Below are positions 1-11,239 of a stretch of DNA of 64,000 nt, piece after piece. Origin of the DNA: Bacteriovoracia bacterium (GTDB lineage: Bacteria > Bdellovibrionota > UBA1018 > CAIPTA01). The stretch spans positions 328,207 to 392,206 of the forward strand of contig JBFWVL010000002.1 of assembly GCA_050246755.1 (NCBI GenBank). The letters are read 5' to 3'. The notes under the pieces were generated by a model. The model was given only the letters and a program-made list of their open reading frames with translations, was not told where the DNA came from and did no database searches. Each line of letters opens with the position of its first letter. Positions within the stretch are counted from its first letter, which is position 1. Position numbers and translations under genes: made by a program.

Positions 1-735
1 ATGCATGGTCACCAAGAAAAGCAGCGCCAATATTTCCAACAAGAAATACCGGATATTCAAAAGCGGAAATTCAGGAAAACCGATCTGCAAGAAATTTGCT
101 TTTCGCTGGAGAAACGTTTGATTCCCGGCGTGCGAAACGCGGAACAGGAAGCTCGCGCTCTTGTTCTTGCTGCCGGCGTACACGCTTTTTCCCACGCCCT
201 TCGCGGCCGGTTCCGGATCTCCGGTAAGCAAAAGCTCTTCGGTAAAGCCGGAGCCGAAAGATACCACACCATCGGCGGGAAGTATTTCTCCGGCCTGCAC
301 GCGCACGATATGATCCGGATGCAACGAGGAGGTCGGAGTATCCGTCTCGATGTCATTATCGATGAACAGCCGGCTATTAGCGGGAACCGTCGCCTTCAAT
401 TCCCTGGCAAACTCCTGATTAACGCCTTCTTTTTTCTCGGCCATTTCCAGGAGCACGAGACGAAACTGAAATGAAAAAATCACCAGCGGAACCCAGATCT
501 TCCCGAGATGTGGCGGGAGCGGGCCTTCGAGCAAGAGCACGGCCAGGCCTAAAATGGAAAAACCTAGGATATAAAAAATCCGGCGAGGGCGCTGCGCGAT
601 CTGCCAGAAACTGATGGGCAGCGAAAAAAGAGATATGTATAAAGCGAGGGAATCGCGCTCGGCAAAAAAAGCCAAAAGGCAGCCGACGGCGGCCAGCGCC
701 AATGCCGTACGGTCAAGCTTCGCCGCGAAGCTCAT
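1..735 (-). CDS. P-type ATPase-like membrane protein, 5' part (runs off left edge; absent from ORF track)
   Basis: Manual translation from ATG 735 is open to base 1: hydrophobic N-terminus, then actuator-like VRVQAGEILPADGVVSFGSGFTEELLLTGDPEPAAKGVGKSVYAGSKN. Confidence 0.7.
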   Translation of the reverse strand, partial: MSFAAKLDRTALALAAVGCLLAFFAERDSLALYISLFSLPISFWQIAQRPRRIFYILGFSILGLAVLLLEGPLPPHLGKIWVPLVIFSFQFRLVLLEMAEKKEGVNQEFARELKATVPANSRLFIDNDIETDTPTSSLHPDHIVRVQAGEILPADGVVSFGSGFTEELLLTGDPEPAAKGVGKSVYAGSKNKSASFLFRVSHAGNQTFLQRKANFLQIGFPEFPLLNIRYFLLEILALLFLVTMH

Positions 736-776
736 CTGCTTTTTCTCGTGATCCACATCGCCTATTAAGAATAGCG

Positions 777-1742
777 CTAGGTCGGGCTTTTCACAATGCG
801 CACGCTGCGCTGGCTGCTCTGCCGGTTGAACTCCGCCATTGCCAGCGCGGCGGCCACCGACACGTTAAGGCTCTCTACGTTACCCGTGCCCGGGATACGT
901 AGCGATCTCTCCACCGTCGCGCGCACAAGGCCGGAAACCCCATCTACCTCATTGCCAAAAACGAAAACGGCTTTCTCTGGCAGGCGCGTATCGTAAATAG
1001 AAGGATTGCTTTCCTTCGCATCGAACGTATAGGAAATAAAATCACGCTGGTGCAGGCGGTCGAAAAATGTCTCGGCGTCTTCCACCTCCACGAGCGAAAC
1101 GAACTCGGCGGCCCCTTCGGAGGTGCGATTAGCGGCGGGAGAAAGCCGGGAAAAAGATTCTTTCGGCAAAGCCACGTGCCGAATGCCGAAATGAGCGGCG
1201 CTGCGAAGAATGGCACCGAGATTATGCGGATTGCCCACTCCATCGAGGTAGAGCAGGAGCGAGCGTCCGCCCATGATCTCGCGGAAAAAATCCTTTTCCT
1301 GCATCGTACGCTTCGCGGCGGCCACGATGCATACTCCCTGGTGATGAACCGAATCAGTGAGCCGCTCTAAATCACTTGCGTCCACCAGCTGATACGCTCT
1401 TTGCTCCTTCGCCATCGCGGTGAGCATTTCCGCGTATTCCTCGGTTCTCGCTCGCTCCACGTAGACCCGAATGATATCCCGCGGACGATTTTTCCAGATT
1501 GCCACGCAGGCGTTCTTTCCGCAGAAACGGAGCTCGTCTTTATTGAGATGCTGAGGGCGAGAAGAAGGGCGTTCGCTATCGCGGCGGTACATGCCCCGCA
1601 TCGGTTTCTCGAAGCGATTCAGCCGTTCCTGTTGGGGAACGCCCGCCGGACGCGATGCGGTTCCGGGAACGGGCTGGGAATCTTTTCCGCTGGGGCGGCG
1701 TGGTCGGTCGCGCCGCTTCGGAGGACCAGATTTATCGTTCAT
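777..1742 (-). CDS. TrmH/SpoU family RNA methyltransferase (YfiF-like)
   Basis: SPOUT motifs [33 protein letters not shown]. Confidence 0.9.
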   Translation of the reverse strand: MNDKSGPPKRRDRPRRPSGKDSQPVPGTASRPAGVPQQERLNRFEKPMRGMYRRDSERPSSRPQHLNKDELRFCGKNACVAIWKNRPRDIIRVYVERARTEEYAEMLTAMAKEQRAYQLVDASDLERLTDSVHHQGVCIVAAAKRTMQEKDFFREIMGGRSLLLYLDGVGNPHNLGAILRSAAHFGIRHVALPKESFSRLSPAANRTSEGAAEFVSLVEVEDAETFFDRLHQRDFISYTFDAKESNPSIYDTRLPEKAVFVFGNEVDGVSGLVRATVERSLRIPGTGNVESLNVSVAAALAMAEFNRQSSQRSVRIVKSPT

Positions 1743-2479
1743 GATTTCTTCCCTTGGTTAGCTACGGCCGCTGCTGCGGCTTTCGCCTTGGCTTCGTCGC
1801 CCAAATAATAGTGACGGATGGGTTTCATGCTCTCGTCTAACTCATATACGAGCGGAATACCCGTGGGAATATTGAGCTCCATGATATCGGCCTGGCTAAT
1901 TCCATCCAGGTGCATTACCAGCGCGCGGAGGCTGTTTCCGTGGGCCGCAATGAGAATTTTCTGGCCGCGCTTCACTTCCGGCGCGATGGTCTTTTCCCAA
2001 TAGGGAAGCATGCGGTCCACCGTCTGCTTCAGCGCTTCGCCGGCGGGCAGGTCCTTTACGCCCTGGTAGCGGGGATCATGGCTGGGATGGCGTTCATCTT
2101 TGGTTTCCAGCAGCGGGGGCAATACGTCGAAGCTCCTGCGCCAAATATGAACCTGCTCGTCGCCGTATTTGGCGGCTGTTTCGGATTTATTAAGTCCCTG
2201 AAGCGCGCCGTAGTGGCGTTCGTTTAGGCGCCAGCTTTTTTCCACCGGTACCCAGAGCAGGTCCATCTGATCCTGTACGATCCAGAGAGTACGGAGCGCG
2301 CGCTTGAGCACCGAGGTATAGGCGCGGTCGAACGTCAGGCCCGCTTCCTTGAGCAGTTTCCCGGCTTCGGCGGCCTCTTCCTGGCCTTTTTCAGAAAGGT
2401 CCACGTCGGTCCAGCCCGTGAAGCGATTCTCTTTATTCCAGGTGCTTTCTCCATGCCGCAATAATACCAATTTATACAT
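1739..2479 (-). CDS. gpmA: 2,3-bisphosphoglycerate-dependent phosphoglycerate mutase
   Basis: [43 protein letters not shown]. Confidence 0.97.
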   Translation of the reverse strand: MYKLVLLRHGESTWNKENRFTGWTDVDLSEKGQEEAAEAGKLLKEAGLTFDRAYTSVLKRALRTLWIVQDQMDLLWVPVEKSWRLNERHYGALQGLNKSETAAKYGDEQVHIWRRSFDVLPPLLETKDERHPSHDPRYQGVKDLPAGEALKQTVDRMLPYWEKTIAPEVKRGQKILIAAHGNSLRALVMHLDGISQADIMELNIPTGIPLVYELDESMKPIRHYYLGDEAKAKAAAAAVANQGKKS

Positions 2480-2489
2480 TTTCTTTACC

Positions 2490-3716
2490 TCACTGGGCGA
2501 AGGTTTTTTCTACTTCGCTTCTTACATTTTTGTCGTCGAACAAACGGTCGTGGCTCAACTCGCTGTAAATCACCTTCGCGTTTTTCGCCAGTAAAGCAGG
2601 CAACACCGAAGAGGTGAGGGGCACCGTTCCGTCGCCCGGTGCATACAGTTCTTTTTCGGGTAAATTTCTCTTGGCTGGCTTATCCGTATCGAAGATCAGC
2701 TCGCCGGAAGAGGGATCAAAAAACGCCGAGGTCAGTGTGTCCCGGTCTTTTCCTACCACGTTTATCACGCTCAGAGAGGCGGGAGGCAACGCGGTTTCGT
2801 GCACGAAATTTATCCGGTCGGCGAACTTTTTCGCCCTAGCCAGCTGCTCCACTGTAAATTTTACGCGGGCTAGGCGAATGCTCTCGGGAAGATCCCCACT
2901 ACGCAATAGGCCCAGCTTATTTTTTTCCCAAAAATGAAAATCAGAAAGGTTCGCTGGTACCGGATTCTGGGCCAAATCTTTAAAGACGGCGGAAACCGGC
3001 ATCACCGCGTAGGAAGCCGGGAAAGAAGCCACGGTTTCGGCGGGCAAGAGCTTACGGTTCCAGGGAAAATCCGCGCCTCGCTGCATATTGCGGAATACCG
3101 AGAAGCAACCCTGAAAAGGGGTGCCTAAAAAGATAATGCGCTCTATTTTCTTGGCTCCCGCCCAGTTCAGCTTCGCGATTTCTCGCGGCTGGCTTCCGTA
3201 ACCCAAATAATAGCTGGCCACCATTCCGCCCATACTATGGGCCATAATCGTGATCTTGGAGACCCCCTTGGCCTGGAGGGCCTGCACCAGGGCCTCCAGC
3301 TGGTTTACCGCGAGGCTGAGATCCTTGCGCCAGTCGTAGGCCATCGGCACAACTTGCACTCCCGGCAACGACTGCGCGTATTTCACGAACTCGCCGTAAA
3401 CGTCTACGTTATAAAAAATCGGCAGCACGGGAACTCCGCCGAAAAGGCCTTCTACTTCTAGCCGCGGGCCCGGCGGGGTAGCCAGCTCTTCCTGGAATAA
3501 ACTGAGGGCGTTGCGGCCGAAAAGAATTTCCCGGGCCGAAAGGAATATTCGGCGCTGTGATTCCACATCGCGCAGCGTGCTGCCGTAGTAGCCGTGAATG
3601 AAAATCAGGGCCGGCCGGGAATCAAAGGTGGTTTGCTGCATAATCGAAGATTTCTCGGATCCACAGGCCAGCGCCACTAAGGCCACGATCACGATGAATA
3701 TACGCGGGAGCTTCAT
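2490..3716 (-). CDS. LCAT-like lipase/acyltransferase, probable lipoprotein
   Basis: Lipobox-like LALAC; HGYYGS, YDWR, AHSMGG nucleophile elbow, GTPFQG, GDGTV. Confidence 0.8.
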   Translation of the reverse strand: MKLPRIFIVIVALVALACGSEKSSIMQQTTFDSRPALIFIHGYYGSTLRDVESQRRIFLSAREILFGRNALSLFQEELATPPGPRLEVEGLFGGVPVLPIFYNVDVYGEFVKYAQSLPGVQVVPMAYDWRKDLSLAVNQLEALVQALQAKGVSKITIMAHSMGGMVASYYLGYGSQPREIAKLNWAGAKKIERIIFLGTPFQGCFSVFRNMQRGADFPWNRKLLPAETVASFPASYAVMPVSAVFKDLAQNPVPANLSDFHFWEKNKLGLLRSGDLPESIRLARVKFTVEQLARAKKFADRINFVHETALPPASLSVINVVGKDRDTLTSAFFDPSSGELIFDTDKPAKRNLPEKELYAPGDGTVPLTSSVLPALLAKNAKVIYSELSHDRLFDDKNVRSEVEKTFAQ

Positions 3717-4934
3717 TCACACACTTTCGAACGTGCGCTGGATAATTTGGCAACTCTCGCGTACCTGCACCTCGTTGATTACCAGCGGAGGCGCTAAGCG
3801 GATGATATGGTCATGCGTCGGCTTGGCGAGCAGGCCGTTTTCTTTTAATTTCAGGCAAAGATCCCAAGCCTTAACGGGCGCTTGAGGATCCACCACCACC
3901 GCGTTCATCAGGCCGCGGCCACGGACTTCCTGCACCCAGGGCTGTTTCACTTTTTTCATCTCCGAGCGGAATAGCTCGCCCATGCGCGCCGAATTTTCTG
4001 TGAGCTTCTCGTCTCGCAATACTTCGAGCGCCGCCATGGCCACGCGGCAGGCTAGGGGATTTCCGCCGTAGGTGGAGCCATGCTCTCCCGGCTTTAAGTT
4101 CATCATCACTTCGTCGTCGCAGAGAACGGCCGAAACGGGCAGCACTCCGCCCGAGAGCGCTTTCCCGAGGATCAGGATATCGGGGCGCACGTTTTCGTGG
4201 TCGCAGGCGAGCAGCTTTCCGGTGCGACCGAGCCCGGTTTGCACTTCGTCGGCGATAAAGAGAACGTTATATTTTTCGCAGATCGCCTTGGCCTGGCGAA
4301 GGTAGCCTGCCGAGGGAATTACCACGCCGGCTTCTCCTTGAATCGGTTCCAGCATGAAAGCGGCTACGTTTTTGTCTTTACAGGCTTGTTCGAGCGCCTC
4401 GAGGTCGTCGTAGTTGATCACTTCGAAGCCCGGCATATAGGGGCCAAAGCCGGCGTACGAGGATGGATCCGTGGACGAAGAAATCGCGGCGAGGGTTCTG
4501 CCCCAGAAATTTCCCTTCGCGAAGAGAATTTTTGCCTGCTTATCCGCGATGCCTTTTTTAACGTAGCCCCAGCGGCGGGCCAGCTTAATGGCAGTCTCTC
4601 CGCCTTCCACGCCGGTATTCATGGGCAAAACACGCTGGTAACCGAAATACGAGGTGATGAATTTCGCGTATTCTCCCAATACGTCATTATAAAACGCGCG
4701 AGAAGTGAGCGTAATACGTTGGGCTTGTTCGGTGAGCGCCGCGAGGATTTTGGGATGGCAATGGCCTTGATTCACCGCGGAGTAGGCGGCTAAGAAATCG
4801 AAGTATTTTTTTCCTTCGGGATCCCAGACGAAAATTCCTTCGCCGCGGGAAAGAACCACGGGAATGGGATGGTAATTATGGGCGCCGAATTTATCTTCGA
4901 GCGCGATGGCTTCTTGGCTGGAGACGGTTTTCAT
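3717..4934 (-). CDS. rocD: Ornithine--oxo-acid aminotransferase
   Basis: [49 protein letters not shown]; start re-assigned to ATG 4934. Confidence 0.95.
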   Translation of the reverse strand: MKTVSSQEAIALEDKFGAHNYHPIPVVLSRGEGIFVWDPEGKKYFDFLAAYSAVNQGHCHPKILAALTEQAQRITLTSRAFYNDVLGEYAKFITSYFGYQRVLPMNTGVEGGETAIKLARRWGYVKKGIADKQAKILFAKGNFWGRTLAAISSSTDPSSYAGFGPYMPGFEVINYDDLEALEQACKDKNVAAFMLEPIQGEAGVVIPSAGYLRQAKAICEKYNVLFIADEVQTGLGRTGKLLACDHENVRPDILILGKALSGGVLPVSAVLCDDEVMMNLKPGEHGSTYGGNPLACRVAMAALEVLRDEKLTENSARMGELFRSEMKKVKQPWVQEVRGRGLMNAVVVDPQAPVKAWDLCLKLKENGLLAKPTHDHIIRLAPPLVINEVQVRESCQIIQRTFESV

Positions 4935-5010
4935 CCCGGCAGCATAGCCTAGACGCGTCGAGTCAGTCCACGTTCCCCATGACCTCCCATAACGGGAAGC
5001 GAGGATAAAT

Positions 5011-5304
5011 TTAGAGAATATCCGCCTCTTCGAATTCATCCAAAACAATGCGCGCGGGCGCTTTCTCATCGAAAAAGGCCATTACCTTATCCAGTACGGC
5101 TTTGCCCTGATCGTGGCCGCCGGCGCAAAGAGAAACCGCGAGGGTCCCTCGCTCGGGATTGGCCACCATGTGCTCTTCCACCACCACGCACGACACGTTG
5201 AATTCTTTGCGCACTTCTTTCGACAGGGAGCGAAGGGAGCGTGCCTTAAATTCTTCGTCTTCGTTGTTGAAGAACTCGAATACGATTTTGCCGTGGAATG
5301 CCAC
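5011..5304 (-). CDS. DUF503 (YlxP-like) family protein
   Basis: ~97 aa from GTG 5304; [17 protein letters not shown] pattern. Confidence 0.6.
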   Translation of the reverse strand: MAFHGKIVFEFFNNEDEEFKARSLRSLSKEVRKEFNVSCVVVEEHMVANPERGTLAVSLCAGGHDQGKAVLDKVMAFFDEKAPARIVLDEFEEADIL

Positions 5305-5330
5305 CGGCTTATCTACCGAGCGGTGCTTAT

Positions 5331-6209
5331 TCAAGTTTGGGAACCCTGGGATTTGGCGGCGATCTTCTTGCGGTTCCCGATGATCCTGATCACCTCGGAA
5401 GCCGTCTCCTCGAGCGCTTTTCCGGAAACGTCGAATACCGGCCACTTGCGATTCTGGCGGAAAAGGTCCGTGGCGTATTCGATATCGGCGAGCACATGTT
5501 CCATGCTCGCGTAGTTTTCGTTGCGGTGATCACGGGGATCTTTACCTAGGCGATCGAGCCGCGCTTTGCGGATCGTATGCAGCACTTCGGCTTGAATGGT
5601 GAGGCAGATGATCTTGTTGGGATCTACCTGCTGCAATTCGGGAGGCACGGGAATACCGCGCACGAGCGGAATATTTAGAACCTTATAGCCCTGCATCGAG
5701 AGGTACATGGAGAGCGGAGTCTTGGAGGTACGGGAAATCCCGAGAATCACGATATCCGCTTCCTGGAGGCCGCTCAGGGTTTTCCCATCGTCGTGGTGGA
5801 TCGTAAACTCCATAGCCGCGATCCGGCGGAAATACTGTTCGTCCACCACCCGGGTGAGGCCGGGCTGAGATTTTGGCTGCACCTCGAAGAAAAGCGCCAT
5901 GGAGTTCAGCAAAGGCCCCAATAAATCGATGGCGGGAATATTGTGCTTTTGGGCTAGTTCCTGGATGGATTTTCTCAGCTCGGGCGACACGAGGGTATAA
6001 ACCACGAGATCGTGACGCGGAACCGCGTCTTCGAAAATGGCCTCGATTTGCACTTGGGTGCGGATATTTTTATAGCGCGTGAAAGAAATCTCGCGATTCG
6101 AGAACTGCACCACGGCCGCTTTCGTCATGAGCGAGGCCGTTTCTCCGGTTCCATCCGAGATGATGATGATCTTGATGTCGTCCTGGTGGGGCTGGGAGTG
6201 TTCGGTCAT
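5331..6209 (-). CDS. ppsR: PEP synthase/PPDK regulatory kinase-pyrophosphorylase (DUF299)
   Basis: ISDGTGETA, HDDG, GISRTSKTPLSMYL, EETA. Confidence 0.93.
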   Translation of the reverse strand: MTEHSQPHQDDIKIIIISDGTGETASLMTKAAVVQFSNREISFTRYKNIRTQVQIEAIFEDAVPRHDLVVYTLVSPELRKSIQELAQKHNIPAIDLLGPLLNSMALFFEVQPKSQPGLTRVVDEQYFRRIAAMEFTIHHDDGKTLSGLQEADIVILGISRTSKTPLSMYLSMQGYKVLNIPLVRGIPVPPELQQVDPNKIICLTIQAEVLHTIRKARLDRLGKDPRDHRNENYASMEHVLADIEYATDLFRQNRKWPVFDVSGKALEETASEVIRIIGNRKKIAAKSQGSQT

Positions 6210-6283
6210 AGGGAAGATAGTAGTGTAGAAACGGTAAGGCGGCTAGGCTTAGCCCATTACGCGGCGTGTGATGGCGGAAGATT

Positions 6284-6493
6284 TTAGGCGATCACCTTGA
6301 TCTGCTGGCCATTAAATGAAACTACCTGCCCAGCACGAATTTTTTTCCCGCGCCGGATTTCGAGCGCGCCGTCCACGGTAACCTGGCCGGAAACGATCAC
6401 GGCCTTGGCGGCGCCGCCACTATCGCTCAGTCCGCTGGCCTTGAGCAGTGCTTGCAGGGTAATAAATTCTTCGCCTTCTAGTTTGAATTCCAT
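6284..6493 (-). CDS. S4-domain RNA-binding protein (YbcJ/YaaA-like)
   Basis: ITLQALLK..SGGAAK..V.VDG..E.RRGKKI. Confidence 0.9.
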   Translation of the reverse strand: MEFKLEGEEFITLQALLKASGLSDSGGAAKAVIVSGQVTVDGALEIRRGKKIRAGQVVSFNGQQIKVIA

Positions 6494-6513
6494 AATTCTT
6501 CTATCCTGGGCTC

Positions 6514-6819
6514 ATGCGCATCCGGCAAATGGGATTTTCTTCCAGACTCATAGCACACCGCCATCTCCTCACGCTCGAGACTTTGAAGTTCATCGTAGAA
6601 TATTTGGAAGACGGGAACGCCAAAAGCGCTGCGATTCGCGCTGGTATTCCCGAAACCTACGCTACCCGGCAAGGAAACTGGCTCAAGAAGCTGCCAATCG
6701 TGAAAAAAGCCCTCGAAACCGATACTAACGAGCGCGACCTCAAAAAGCTCCAGTCTGCGCTCGCCGTGATCGAAGAGAAAATGCGGGAATGTAAAGCGAT
6801 TCTTGGGATGGACGCTTAA
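6514..6819 (+). CDS. Terminase small subunit-like HTH protein
   Basis: KFIVEYLEDGNAKSAAIRAG...ATRQGNWLKKLPIV matches the TerS N-terminal pattern F..EYL.D.NA..AAIRAGY. Confidence 0.6.
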   Translation: MRIRQMGFSSRLIAHRHLLTLETLKFIVEYLEDGNAKSAAIRAGIPETYATRQGNWLKKLPIVKKALETDTNERDLKKLQSALAVIEEKMRECKAILGMDA

Positions 6820-6907
6820 GCAACCCAGCAGCGCGTTAACACCCAGTCATTTTCCACTAGGCAGGAAAAGCTTTGCTTCCACGTGGTCTCAATTTATATA
6901 TCTCTGC

Positions 6908-8290
6908 ATGAAAAAACTCTTCATCTTCGCCTCCATTTTTAGCGCGCTCTCCGCCCAGGCAAGCCCTTCCGTTGCCAACGAAATAAATGCGGAAATCACG
7001 AAGCGGCTCCTTACCGTGATGAGCTCGAACGGATGCAGCGAGAGGATTTGGCCCGGATACTCCTGGGAAAATCTAACCGTAGTTTTTATCGGAGACGAAG
7101 TGCACCAGGCTTTTTCGGCCAAAGAGAAGCGCGTCTTCAGCGTCAGCTCCGACCAGCTTCCCTCGGCCGCCATAAAAACCGCCTACTTTTTCTTCAAACA
7201 GAAAGACGGAAGCGAGTGGATGTCCATCAATACGGCCCTGGACCTCAGCACCGGGCCCAAAAGAAATCCGGAAGAAGTGGCGAAAGACAACTTTCGCCTG
7301 GCGATCCACGAAGGGTTCCACTGGGTCGCCCAAAAAAATTGGCATATCTACGAAGGAAACCGGGGCACGGAACTTCCCATTCGCTGGGAGCCTCGATTGT
7401 ACCGTTCGATCATGTTCAGCCAGCTGAAAGCCGCTCTGGCCGAAAAAAACCAAACGGAAACGCAGCTGAGAAAAGCACGCTACTGGTACGACCGCTGGTC
7501 GAGCGAGTATCCCGATGAAGTGATCAGCACCGCCGACGGATACGAAGGCTCGGCCCGTTACTCCGACTGGACTGGATACGCCCTTTCTGAACTAGGCTGC
7601 GATGCTTCCGAAGCGCAGCTGTCTGTGTTCGTGCAATCCATCCTCGATTCGAATTACGGTTTTGCCATGAACGGCGATCTGTTTGCCTTCGACGTGGAAG
7701 GGTACGAATTGGGCAGCCTGGCGGCTTTTCTATTGCGCCGAGACTACGTAAACGACGATTGGCAGGAAAAATTATCCGAAGGACAAAGCCCGGTCGCCAT
7801 CTTACTCGAAAAATTTAGCCCCGTTTTTTCCGAGCCGGACCTCGCCATGCAGCAGAAGTTTAAGGACTCGGGTAAAAAGTTTCAGGAAGAGGCGGATAAA
7901 TTGGTCGGTCATGCTACGGCTTTGCTAGCGGCACACGGTACTGTCTTCGTCAGCATTCCCCGGTCTTGGTATCTAGGCAGTTTTTCTCCTCTGGGATTTT
8001 TTATCGATCGCGCCACTAATATACAGCTCGTACCGATGGGAATGCCGCTTACTTTCACGAGCCCTAGCGGGACGTCGGCCATGAGATCGGAGCTCAATGC
8101 AGTTTTCCTGAGCAATCCCCAGGCGCCGTGCGGATCCCCATCGGACTGGCAATTCGCGGTCTCCGGCACAAAAATACACTTTTCTGAAACCGGCCAGGCC
8201 AGGCTCGAGGATTCTTTTTTTAGCGGCAATCTTTCCGGCGTCACCGCTCAAAGCGCAACGGGCGCGCAGTGGTTCTGTGCCGGCGAATAA
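6908..8290 (+). CDS. Secreted gluzincin-like metallopeptidase
   Basis: Signal peptide ending AQA; HEGFH plus downstream EGSARY. Confidence 0.6.
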   Translation: MKKLFIFASIFSALSAQASPSVANEINAEITKRLLTVMSSNGCSERIWPGYSWENLTVVFIGDEVHQAFSAKEKRVFSVSSDQLPSAAIKTAYFFFKQKDGSEWMSINTALDLSTGPKRNPEEVAKDNFRLAIHEGFHWVAQKNWHIYEGNRGTELPIRWEPRLYRSIMFSQLKAALAEKNQTETQLRKARYWYDRWSSEYPDEVISTADGYEGSARYSDWTGYALSELGCDASEAQLSVFVQSILDSNYGFAMNGDLFAFDVEGYELGSLAAFLLRRDYVNDDWQEKLSEGQSPVAILLEKFSPVFSEPDLAMQQKFKDSGKKFQEEADKLVGHATALLAAHGTVFVSIPRSWYLGSFSPLGFFIDRATNIQLVPMGMPLTFTSPSGTSAMRSELNAVFLSNPQAPCGSPSDWQFAVSGTKIHFSETGQARLEDSFFSGNLSGVTAQSATGAQWFCAGE

Positions 8291-9247
8291 CTAAATCAGT
8301 TTTAGGCTTGATCTCAGCGCCGGAAGAAATTCCGGCTCTAGCCATTCCACGTCGCGCTCGCCGCGGAACCAGGTCATCTGCGCTTTCGCGAGCTTGCGGG
8401 TAGAGAAGAAAATTTTTCCTTCGAGCTCCTCGGTGGCGTTACCCAAAATCGCTTCCACGGCTTCTTTATAGCCCACGCTGCGCATGGGCTTTGCGTCCGG
8501 AGCAACGCCGGCATCCAATAGCTTCCGCACTTCTCGCTCGATGCCTTGCTTCACCATCAATGCCGTACGCGCCCGGATACGGGCTTCCAGCTCATCTTTC
8601 GGCAGCTGCAGGCAAAAATAACGGAAATCGGGGTAACGTGGTTCGGCCACGCGGGCTTCGCGGTTGAGCTCGCTCCAAGGTTTTCCGTAGAGCTCCATGG
8701 CCTGCAAAGCACGGATCACGCGGTAATGATCGTTGCTATGGATCGTAGAAACGGATTGGGGATCCTTCGTCACGAGCTCGCGGTACATCTCATCCCAGCC
8801 CACGGATTCGGCCTTTTTCAACAGAGCGCGCTTTACCGCCGCCGCTCGCTCTTCGGGCTCATCGTCGCTCGAAGCCATGCCCCAGAGCAGGGCGCGGAGG
8901 TAGAAACCAGTTCCGCCCACCAAAATGGGGATGATTTTTTTCGCGTGCAGCTCCGCGATCTTTTCCTGGGCGATGCGCACGAAATCGCCGGCGGTGAAAT
9001 CTTCGGCGGGGTCCGCCATATCGATCAGATGGTGAGGAACGAGGCGTTGTTCTTCTTTCGTGGGCTTGGCCGCGCCGATTTCGAATCCGCGGAATACGGT
9101 GATCGAATCCGCGCAGAGAATTTCTGCCCGGCGGTTCATGGATTTCAGTTTCAGCGCAAATTCCACGGCGAGAGAAGATTTTCCGCTGGCGGTAGGGCCG
9201 GCGATTACGAGAACGGGCTTCTCGCCCAAGGCACGAATGGTTTTCAC
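8291..9247 (-). CDS. miaA: tRNA dimethylallyltransferase
   Basis: GPTASGKS, DSITVFRG..IGAAKP, VGGTGFY, AKAQMTWF; GTG start overlaps mutL stop. Confidence 0.95.
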   Translation of the reverse strand: MKTIRALGEKPVLVIAGPTASGKSSLAVEFALKLKSMNRRAEILCADSITVFRGFEIGAAKPTKEEQRLVPHHLIDMADPAEDFTAGDFVRIAQEKIAELHAKKIIPILVGGTGFYLRALLWGMASSDDEPEERAAAVKRALLKKAESVGWDEMYRELVTKDPQSVSTIHSNDHYRVIRALQAMELYGKPWSELNREARVAEPRYPDFRYFCLQLPKDELEARIRARTALMVKQGIEREVRKLLDAGVAPDAKPMRSVGYKEAVEAILGNATEELEGKIFFSTRKLAKAQMTWFRGERDVEWLEPEFLPALRSSLKLI

Positions 9248-11118
9248 AAGGTTCTCTTGAACATTCTCTCGATTTCGCCCCATTTGAACCGCAGCGTAGT
9301 GGGGCGCCCATGGGGGCAATGCCCGGAGAAATCCGTATCGCTCATTTGCTCCAAAAGGGCATAGGCTTCTTGGGGCGCCATGCTGCGGCCGGCGCGCACC
9401 GAACCGTGGCAGCTTTCGCTCGCGATCACCTCGAGCATTTTATCGAGCAGGGCATCGGCGAGCTGGCCTTCACCCGGCATTTCTTCCCAGGATTGGCAGA
9501 GTTTACGCAGAAACTCTCCGATCGGCAGTACGGGGCTGCCATCGGCACGCAAAAGCAGAGCGGGCAATTCACGCACGGCTACCACGGTGGGGCCGGTACG
9601 ATCGAGACTCAAGCCCCATTCGGCGAATTTTGGAAATTCACTTTCCATGCGATCGAGGGCGTTGCGGGGAAGCTCCACTTGAATGGGAATCAGGAGCGGG
9701 GCGCCTTCGCGCTTGGCCAAGCGATTGCGCTTCAGGCGTTCGTAGGTAACGCGCTCGTGGGCGGCATGCTGGTCCACGAGCAAGAGACCGTCTTCATCCT
9801 GGCAAACCAAGTAGGTATTGCGGAGGGTGCCCAAGAACTGCGGGCGATTCGAATTGGATTCCGCTGCGCGCACGGCGCTCGAAAATTCTTGGGAAAAATT
9901 ATTGCCCGGAAACGAAGCCGGGGAGGAAGCGTAAGAATGGGAGGAAGATTGCGGCTCCGAAAAATTCTGGCTTGGCTTCGCCGCCCTCTGGTGGAACTGC
10001 GTGGTTCCTCCAGAAAAAAGAGGCGCGGTAGTTTGGGCCGCATATTCAGGGGCGGAAAAGGGCATTCGTTCGCCCGAGGCATCAACTAGGTCCACGGATT
10101 CTCGGCGATCGCCGGCGAGGGCTTTTTCCAGGTGTTTCCTCAGGAAACCAAAAATATGCCCGGGCTCGCGGAAACGCACCTCCGCTTTCGTGGGGTGTAC
10201 GTTTACGTCCACGTAATTGGCCGGCATCTCGAGATCAAAAACCAGCTGAGGGTATACCCGCCCGAATAAAGTTTCTTTCGCCGCCGCTAAGATAGCCTGC
10301 TGCAATAGCTTATCCTTCACCGAGCGCTGATTCACGAAAGTGAGAATCCCGCGGGAAGATGGAATGAAATGCGAGGAGGGCAAGATCCAGGCGCGTAGCT
10401 TTAGCGGAAAGCTTTCGGCTTCCACCTTCAGGAGGGTTTCCACCTCGAGCTTCAGGTTCCAGGCTTCGCGGTATACCTGCACGATCCGCTCTTCACGGGA
10501 CTTCGTGGCGGGATAATGGAAAGCTTTTTCCCCGTCTTGCCAGGCTTCGAACTGCACTTCGGGGCTGCCGAGCGCCAGGCGGTGCAAGGTTTGCCAGCAA
10601 TGCGCCGTTTCGGCGCCGGTGCTTTTCAAGAATTTTTTGCGCGCGGGAGTATTGTAGAAGAGATCCTGCACGCGCACGGTGGTGCCCACGGTGCGGGCCA
10701 CCGAGCGATCGTCCACTAGGGTTCCGCCTTCGAGCACGATCTCCCGGGCGGTATTGGCTTCGGCTCTTCTCGAAGCAATACTCAAGCGCGAAACGGCCGC
10801 GATCGAGGCGAGGGCCTCCCCGCGAAATCCCCAGGAGCGGATTTCGAAGAGGTCTTCGGGTTTGGAAATTTTGGAAGTGGCGTGGCGATCTAGGGCCAGA
10901 GGCAGATCTTCCGCGTGGATACCGGAACCATCATCGGCCACTTCGAGTAATTCAATGCCACCGCCGCGCAAATGCACGCGGATCTGCGTGGCTCCCGCAT
11001 CGAGGGAGTTTTCCATCAGCTCTTTTAGGGCAGCGCCCGGTCTTTCTACCACCTCGCCGGCGGCGATTTGGTTGGCAAGCTGATCGGGTAGGCGAAGGAT
11101 CCGGGTGGTTGAATTCAC
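9244..11118 (-). CDS. mutL: DNA mismatch repair endonuclease MutL
   Basis: NQIAAGEVVERP, GFRGEALASI, VDVNVHPTK, DQHAAHER, CPHGRP. Confidence 0.97.
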   Translation of the reverse strand: MNSTTRILRLPDQLANQIAAGEVVERPGAALKELMENSLDAGATQIRVHLRGGGIELLEVADDGSGIHAEDLPLALDRHATSKISKPEDLFEIRSWGFRGEALASIAAVSRLSIASRRAEANTAREIVLEGGTLVDDRSVARTVGTTVRVQDLFYNTPARKKFLKSTGAETAHCWQTLHRLALGSPEVQFEAWQDGEKAFHYPATKSREERIVQVYREAWNLKLEVETLLKVEAESFPLKLRAWILPSSHFIPSSRGILTFVNQRSVKDKLLQQAILAAAKETLFGRVYPQLVFDLEMPANYVDVNVHPTKAEVRFREPGHIFGFLRKHLEKALAGDRRESVDLVDASGERMPFSAPEYAAQTTAPLFSGGTTQFHQRAAKPSQNFSEPQSSSHSYASSPASFPGNNFSQEFSSAVRAAESNSNRPQFLGTLRNTYLVCQDEDGLLLVDQHAAHERVTYERLKRNRLAKREGAPLLIPIQVELPRNALDRMESEFPKFAEWGLSLDRTGPTVVAVRELPALLLRADGSPVLPIGEFLRKLCQSWEEMPGEGQLADALLDKMLEVIASESCHGSVRAGRSMAPQEAYALLEQMSDTDFSGHCPHGRPTTLRFKWGEIERMFKRTL

Positions 11119-11239
11119 GTCCCGTTTACACCATGGCATCGAACTATTGTCGATGATAACGCGGAGCAGGGATTCGATAAAGTTCAGGGCTTTTGAGGGC
11201 GCGGGCTAGTTGAAACCGGGGACTTGGTAATAGCCCCTG

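Noticed and set aside
1-474. 157-aa plus-strand ORF
   Set aside because: Antisense shadow of the P-type ATPase-like gene on the minus strand
6514-8290. Prophage
   Set aside because: Only a TerS-like ORF; no integrase, structural or lysis genes, and the flanks are housekeeping
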